A stretch of DNA of 53,150 bases from Phoronis australis (lineage: Eukaryota > Animalia > Phoronida): assembly GCA_002633005.1 (NCBI GenBank), contig NMRA01000572.1:199817-252966 (forward strand), read 5' to 3'. Both the position numbers and the translations under genes were made by a program. Below, piece after piece: positions 46,330-53,150 of this stretch (positions are counted from its first letter, which is position 1; each line of letters opens with the position of its first letter). The notes under the pieces were generated by a model that saw nothing but the letters and a program-made list of their open reading frames with translations, was not told where the DNA came from and made no database searches.

Positions 46330-46530
46330 AGGTTGACTTGTTGTCGCACTCACCCAATTATTCCATTTCAAAGTTATGCTCTGAATAGGATTTGATTTAA
46401 CTCTCAGAAATATGTAGTATTCATTGATTCAAAAGTTTTCTTTTATTCATGCGGAGGTGTTTGAACTGTGCATTGCTTTTCGGCAGCCATTTTGTAATGA
46501 CCCCCATGGTCGTCATATGCTGCCACACTG
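46330..46530 (+). repeat. Dispersed repeat shared with 52940-53135
   Basis: ctcacccaattattccatttcaaagttatg.tctgaatagga...ttcggcagccatttt...ggtcgtcatatgctgc occurs at both loci. Confidence 0.8.
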
Positions 46531-46699
46531 AAAAAGGCCAAGAAAATAGTGGAAAGTGGTTTAAAGGAATTCTAGTTCAACCACAAACTATTTTACTGGT
46601 ATGATATCGATTAAAATTGATTCAGAATTTAAGTTCTGTAAAATAAATCGCAATTGTTTTATTCCAGATAGACCTTACTTATTTTCTATTTATGACCTC

Positions 46700-47900
46700 T
46701 TTATTACTTGGCGAAATAAAGTATGTTGCTCTTCGCACGATACAGGTCGCAATTTTCGTCCGATCATCACGAAATTTACACATTACACGTACTTCAGGAA
46801 GTACTGGAAGCCTATTGTTTTTCGTCAAAATCGGATCCAAAATGAAGGCTGTGGCGGCCATTTTGTTTTCGTTTAAACGTTCAAATGCTTCTGGAGGCTA
46901 CAATTTTTTACGTAAAAGGCTAAGAATCGGCAGAGTAAATGGACCGGAAGTTTTCTACAGGTTTACCTGAAATTGTTTACTTCCGGTTAAAGATGGCGGA
47001 AATATCGGCGATCGCGCATGCGCACCTCGATTTTGGCCTAAAAACGTTTTCTCCTGTAGAGGGCGCATTATAACACCAATTCCTTCGAATTTTTACAGGT
47101 ATTAGTTTCTTATGACATGCTATTATACAAAGCCAAAAAACCGGAAGTTGCTTTCAAGATGGCGGATCTGGCGCATGTTGACCCATTTTCAGTCGTGCTG
47201 GAGTGCGATTTTAAACGGGAAGAGAAAAAGACGTGATTTTTTGCATGTGGATTCTTTGAAGTATATATTCTTTCAAATGGCCTGTAACAATTTTTTCTCA
47301 GACTTACCATTTTCGAGTTATTTGACTTTGAATTTCTTTAAAAAAAACGTAAAATTTCATTTTTTTCGAAAAATTTACGGAATTAGGCGATACCATCAGT
47401 TTAGATAGAATTTTGAACGGGCTTTCAGAAGATGTTTTCCATTTTTCGCTACGACGTCTACTTTTTGAGTAATTTGAGATTTTCTGATAACGCTGTTCCT
47501 TTGTTGAGCGCTCTGGCTGCATTGATGTTGGTTTATCTTCTATTGAACTAGACTGTAGCCTATTTCTTATTGATTTATGACATCTAAGTTCGCCATATGA
47601 ATGTTGTGATGTTGTTCATCATCGCCATCACCATCATCATATTCGTCATCATCGTCGTCATCATCTTCGTCATAATCTCGTCGTTGTCTTTTCCGTTAAT
47701 TTCGCCAAGTGTCGCTCAAGACTGTAGCTTTTTTCTTACTGATTTCGGACTTTTACGTTCGTCATGTGTATGTTATTATTACTTCTTTTGTTCATCCTCG
47801 CCACCATCGTCGTCATCTTCGTCATCATCTTTATCGTCATCTTTTTGGTTAATTTCGCCAAGTTTCGCTCCTCGGAGCGCTTTCATTTGACTTTTTGCTC
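46700..47900. mobile_element. Dispersed repeat, probably Helentron-like, with a (CATCGT)-type simple-repeat tail
   Basis: Shares segments with 36070-36365 and 40950-41260. Low-complexity catcgt/catctt tract at 47615-47845. Confidence 0.55.
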
Positions 47901-49809
47901 GTTGTTCTTAATACCACTTATCTCTGCTGTGTTTCTTTTTCTTTTCAGTTTTTCTTCATTCTCTGTTAACACCTTGTTAGCCAAAACAGAACTGTAACAC
48001 TTTGAGACTTGGTCAGCGGAAGTTGATCATTGAGCCTTGATGCAGCTATTCTAATAAATTACTCAATATCATATTGTTCGACTTTTTCTCACATTCAACA
48101 GACTTCTGCAATCATAAATAAATAAATAAATACCCAAGTTGCATTTGCATTTTATTTCTCAATCTCTACTTTTATTTTTAATTATGCCATGCTGTATTGT
48201 ATGTAACAATGCAATATTATGAAATAAAGTCAATGTTTTACTTTGTTGGTGACCACTCTCTATCAATTCAAGTATTCTAATTTTTTTCAAATAAATCCAA
48301 AATGCCTGAACCAAAAATTTCAACATAAATGTTGAGCTCAGTACTGTGTTTTGCCATAAAAAACAAGTGGACGATATTTTGATGACGAATGCGTGAGCCG
48401 AAACTGTTAAGTACCCAGCGTGTTGCATTTGTCTGCTGTTTTTCCTTTGGCCTAACAGGTGTCGGTTGGTGCCTGGGACAAATAGATACATTGCATAAAC
48501 AATATCTGGGTAGGTTTTTGTTCCGTCTGAAGGAAATTTAATTTCGAAAATTTCTTCTGAAAATGAACAAAAAAGTGCTTTAGTAAAATTTACAAGTTTT
48601 TAAGTGGTCTCAAAAAACAGTCGGTAAATGCACCGATTCTCGTCTCTGCAGTTCTTCCATGCGTGTTTCTCCCGAGAGGTTAGTACTTAACGTGCAGACG
48701 AGCACTCTAGATTGGAACGCTAAGTCCCGCGTGGCTGCGCTGCACGCATAAGAAGATGGTGGACGACCATTGGAGCCTGACGACGATAGGTATCCGGACT
48801 ATACTTTCAATTTCCAACTTTGAATTCCAACAAAAAAAGGAGTGTTATCAGCGCACATAACGACTTTGGAGTGTTCAACAATACTAGTAACATCAATTTG
48901 TAACAATACTACATAGAAGGGGGTCTAGTATGGACCTCTGTCTGAGGGTCCCAGTCCCCATAGTACAGTCAAGAAATTCTGAATAGACATTGATGGTGGT
49001 TTGGCAACTACATCTAACTTCTAGTAAAAATAACACTATTTTCAACACAACAAGGGTACCCTCACGCAACCGCTATCGTCAATAATCTTAGTTGTGGTAA
49101 TTGTTTACAATATGACGACATTGACCTACACACTTGATTTTGGTATCATTCGATTCGTCGCAACGTTAGCTTTCCAAAAATATACAAATGTATCCCCTGC
49201 CGCATTTTCTCCGTATTTTATTGTCAAATTTTTGTTCGCACTATTTTCCCGTTAACGCGGCCATGTTAGCTCAACTCAAGATTACAGCGACACCCATTGT
49301 TAATGAATGAAACAGCATCATCTATTCTGAATGGTTTGCCCACGCGAGATTCCCGCTAAAGTTGTCCTGACATAATATGGAGGAGCATTTCACCTTTTCT
49401 AATTTTTATCCATTCGACCATTTTTCCAAGACATTGTTTGAAGTGATACCTTTTCACGTACCAATTTGGACCTCAAAAACAACCTCCGCTTTTTTGCGGA
49501 TTCTTGCCAGCAGAGCTGGATGCGTACCCAAGGTCACTATAGGATGGAATTAGAACCCTTGGGAACGTACTCGGGCAGGGGATAGATGGGTCTTGGTCAA
49601 TTTGATCTTAATAAAAGCGTCGATCTCCAGAAGTCGGTAGATTAGTTCGGTTTTTGACCGCCAGATGGCTCCTTCCATTCAACATGGCGGTGTTACTACA
49701 GCATAACGGGAAATAGTGCGAGCAGAAATTTCACAATACTAAGGGAACGGGGTATGAAAAATTTCTGTGTATTCTTGGAAAGATAACGTTGCAAGGAATC
49801 GAGCGATAC

Positions 49810-51997
49810 TGTTGATATGAGCGACCTCTACCAGTCTCTATATATGTGTTGCATAGTGGGAACACCTGTTAGTTGTAGTGTGAGTGGCAGTTAGTGAGCA
49901 TCAATAAAAGCAGAGCTAGTGATCCTGAAGATTGTTCTTTATTTCACTCAACAACTCAACACGGTGGCAGCGGTATTTTGACCAATCTCTGAAAGATGGC
50001 AATGAACGGCAATTTTAGACTGCCTCCACAACTGGACTTGTCGGATGCTAATCTCGAGGAAAACGTTCCGCAAATGGAAACAACAATTAAACGTGTATTT
50101 GTTGGCCAGCGGAGCGACAGGAAATCCCAAAAAGGTACAAGCAGCAATTATTTTGCATTGCGGTGGCAATGACGTGATTAGCGCCGCTGAACATTTTGTA
50201 TATGATAATGCCGGAGACGAGGAAGATCAAGAGAAACTGTTACAAAAAAATGGAGGAGTATTGTTCGCCAAAACAAAATGTGGTGGTCGAAACATTTCGG
50301 TTTTGGAAAATCAAGTGTAAAGAACCATTCGACACATTTTTGACAGAAGTGCGGACAAAAGCAGAATCCTGCAAATTCAATGACAAAGAAAAAATGATAC
50401 GGGACAAAATAGTGTTAAGCGTCAGTGGAAAATTGCAAGAACTGTTACGGAGAGAAACTGATTCAACGCTGGCTAAAACGATAAAAACGTTTCGCACATT
50501 TGAGATGTCAAATCAACAAGTCCGTAAAATGGGTATGCTTAGTGGAACAAATGACACTAAAATCCAAAAGGTAAGAAAGCAACCTTTCAAACACACACCC
50601 GCCGCACACAAAAAGTATCCAAAGGCAAATTACGATCAGAAACCCCCTGCGATGATAGACTGTGACTTTTGTGGAAAAAAAACACAAGAAAGGGGAAAGA
50701 CAATTGCCCGGCCTGGGGTAAAACATGCCTAGGGTGTGGCAGACGAAACCATTTCAAACCAAAGTGTAAAAAAGTGAACGTGGTGAGCCAGGAATCACAA
50801 TCTGAAATTAATGAACAATGGCTGCAACACATCGATACTGGATCGCCAAAATGCGTGTTCGCAAACATGAATGTCAACGGATGTGAAATACGTTTCCAAT
50901 TAGACACTGGTGCAGATATAAACACGATATGCCAGAAATACGTGAGAAAAGACCAGTGCAAGCCGAGTACTAACAGATTGGTTATGTGGAACAAAACCAA
51001 ACAACAGCCATTGGGCGAGGCAACACTCGATCTGACCAACCCCATCGACGGGATTCCCAGACTAATAACATTTACAGTGGTTCCGAACAGATTCCACTGT
51101 CTGTTAGGGCTAGAAACCCTAGAGACCCTGGGATTAATTACTGTAAACAATGACAAGTTTGTGTCTGAAATACACACTAACAAGATTTATGACGATAACT
51201 GCACAGGAAATCTTGGAGACTTGGAGGAGGTGTCCTTTGTCACTGATGACAAGATTCCCACCCAAAACATTGCTTGCTAGGAAAATACCCATTGCATTGC
51301 AAGCGGAGATAAAGGCAGAATTGGATAAATTGATTGAACGTGGAATATTGATACCGGTGACTGAACCAACCAAATGGGTATCACAAATGGCAGTAGTTAG
51401 AAAGCCAAATGGAAGTTTGTGCATATGTATTGATCATCAGCCACCGAACAAGGCATTGTTGCACAAACACTATAAAATGCCTACATTGGATGAAGTTTTG
51501 CCAAAGCTAAATAATGCGAAAATATCGAGGATATGACGTGAAAGAGGCATTTTGGCACATGCGCCTAGGCGAGGAATCGAGTCTTCTGACAACAATGATA
51601 TCCTCTTTTGGAAGCCGCGTCAGATGGGCGCGTCTACCATTCGGACTTGAAGTAAGCAGTGAAATTTTCCAAAGAAAAATTACCGAAGCGCTCGGTGATT
51701 TAGATGGAATATTCACAGTAGCTGATGATATCATTGTAGCCGGCTGTGGCGACACGCTGGCGGAAGCGACAGCGGATCACAACATGAAAATCAACTACAA
51801 GACAGATGCCGCGAACAGAAAATCAGGCTTAATGAGGCCAAGAAAACAATTGGATTATCTGAAATAACATTTCATGGGCACGTGATCAGTCGCGACGGAG
51901 TGAAAGTCGACAAAGCAAAAGTGCAGGCGATATCCGATATGCCTGTAACGACAGATGTCTCAGCAGTCAAGCGATTCTGCGGGATGGTTCAGTATAT
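49810..51997 (+). mobile_element. Decayed Ty3/Gypsy LTR retrotransposon: 5' LTR, PBS, gag, protease, RT
   Basis: LTR TGTTGA...TCAACA at 49810-49961 with TATA and AATAAA. PBS (c)GGTGGCAGCGGT, tRNA-Leu-like. Gag with CCHC knuckles (CPAWGKTCLGCGRRNHFKPKC), protease FQLDTGAD, RT LPFGL...VADDII. Several frameshifts. Confidence 0.93.
49996..51997 (+). pseudogene. Frameshifted gag-pol polyprotein
   Basis: ORF pieces at 50045, 50196, 50669, 51150, 51514 and 51882 tile gag, protease and RT in order. The sequence is cut off after FCGMVQY by an insertion. Confidence 0.9.
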
Positions 51998-52910
51998 TGT
52001 AGTGAGACGTCACTTGACCTGTCTCACTGCTGCGCTGGCGTTCTGCTGCGCGACGTTTCGTCGGCGAGCAGTTATGATCGGCGGCTCCTCAGTCTTGGGC
52101 CGCATTAATTTGTCAACATGCTTCCGTTTGTGGCATGTCGCATGCCGTCGACTACATCCGCGCGTAACAGATTGCGCGCAATCACGGCGTACGTGGTGCG
52201 ACTTGCCTCGGTCATGCACGCCGCAGCGGGCGGCTGGGGTGCTTGAAAGACAGTGCCTAATGCCATTAAGCGTTGCTGTTCACCTGGTCTCGTTTCCTAG
52301 GCGTGCCACCGCGGGATATCCCCTCAACACTGCAATTTTTATTTTTTTTATTTGGTTGGTGAGGGTGGTGCTGTTGGGTAATTATAATGACCAGATCAGA
52401 TAGCACGGAATTATATGTGCAGTAGTATATGGTGACCGTTAGAAATTATATGTCGCACTGCACTGTGGCAGCGCACGGATGGTCACAGCTTTTAAAAGTT
52501 TTTGTTGTGGAAGTGGCCAGTATAGGAATTGGCCTTATTTCGGAAATTCAAATGTTCTCCGTTACGTTTCGGCTCTAATCAAATAAAACGGAGGAGAGTG
52601 TAGTGAGACGTCACTTGACCTGTCTCACTGCTGCGCTGGCCTTCTGCCGCGCGCGCCCTCTGTCGGCATCGAGAGACGACTGCTGTGCGTCTTGGAGACT
52701 GCCGACGTTGGCTGTCCGGCCCATATGCCGGTAATGGCCAATGAGGGCGCATCATGAATATTAATTACGCGGCCCTGCGGCCGATACACATGCTTGGATG
52801 CAGAGTGGCATTCGATACCCAGACCACACACCTAAGCAGAACTATTGAGCTCGACCACGGACAACCAAGATGTGAGGTAAGACACCTTTTTAGGAATCAT
52901 ATATACTGGG
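51998..52910 (+). mobile_element. Nested miniature LTR-like element inserted in the Gypsy RT
   Basis: TGTAGTGAGACGTCACTTGACCTGTCTCACTGCTGCGCTGGC occurs at 51998 and 52599. PBS-like TGGTGACC at 52430. Polypurine tract aaaacggaggagag just before 52599. The right boundary is uncertain. Confidence 0.7.
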
Positions 52911-53150
52911 GAACCCAATGGTCGTCCGCCTAAGCATAAAACCGACTTGCTGTTGTACTCACCGAATTATTCCACTTCAAAGTTATGATCTGAATAGGAC
53001 TCGATTTAACTCTCACAGATATACCGCATTCATCGATTCGGAAGTTTTCTTTAATTTGTGCCGAGTTATTTTAAATGTGCACTGCCTTCGGCAGCCATTT
53101 TATTGTGACACCTAAGGTCGTCATATGCTGCCCCCTTTTGTAAAAACTGA

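Noticed and set aside
47597-47997. Hydrophobic or Ser-rich ORFs resembling membrane proteins
   Set aside because: They are translations of a (CATCGT/CATCTT)n low-complexity tract.
48620-48810. CpG-rich patch as a possible promoter or first exon
   Set aside because: I found no clear minus-strand donor or core promoter motif, and cannot tell it apart from transposon sequence by eye.
51882-52403. 173-aa ORF as a distinct gene
   Set aside because: It is chimeric: the first 39 or so residues are Gypsy RT and the rest is read-through into the inserted LTR.

Overview
AT-rich, repeat-dense animal (invertebrate-type) genomic DNA with spliceosomal introns; it is not prokaryotic. I rebuilt one host gene by hand on the minus strand. 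It has 11 phase-consistent GT-AG coding exons from 28892 down to 3257 (1197 nt, about 398 aa) and encodes a GTSF1/Asterix-like piRNA-pathway factor. The protein has two tandem CHHC (U11-48K-type) zinc fingers, a W-x-PPP-x-x-EDW motif resembling the PIWI-binding segment, and a long low-complexity tail with repeated G-x-GRG motifs. Two ATG-free candidate 5'UTR exons lie at 34.0-34.5 kb. The introns and upstream region hold many nested transposons. These include TTAA-flanked Kolobok-like THAP elements, one of which carries an AT-flanked ISL2EU-like element (THAP/DDE remnant plus a convergent SAP-YqaJ nuclease remnant). There are also hAT-like elements with 5-6 bp target duplications, a TA-flanked Tc1/mariner-pogo-like element, CR1/L2 and RTE LINE fragments (one with a decayed 2A-like motif), a solo LTR, two miniature LTR-like elements, a decayed Gypsy element, Helentron/DINE-like repeats, and many minisatellites, including a self-complementary 49-bp array. 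All calls come from reading the sequence by eye; no database searches were run.
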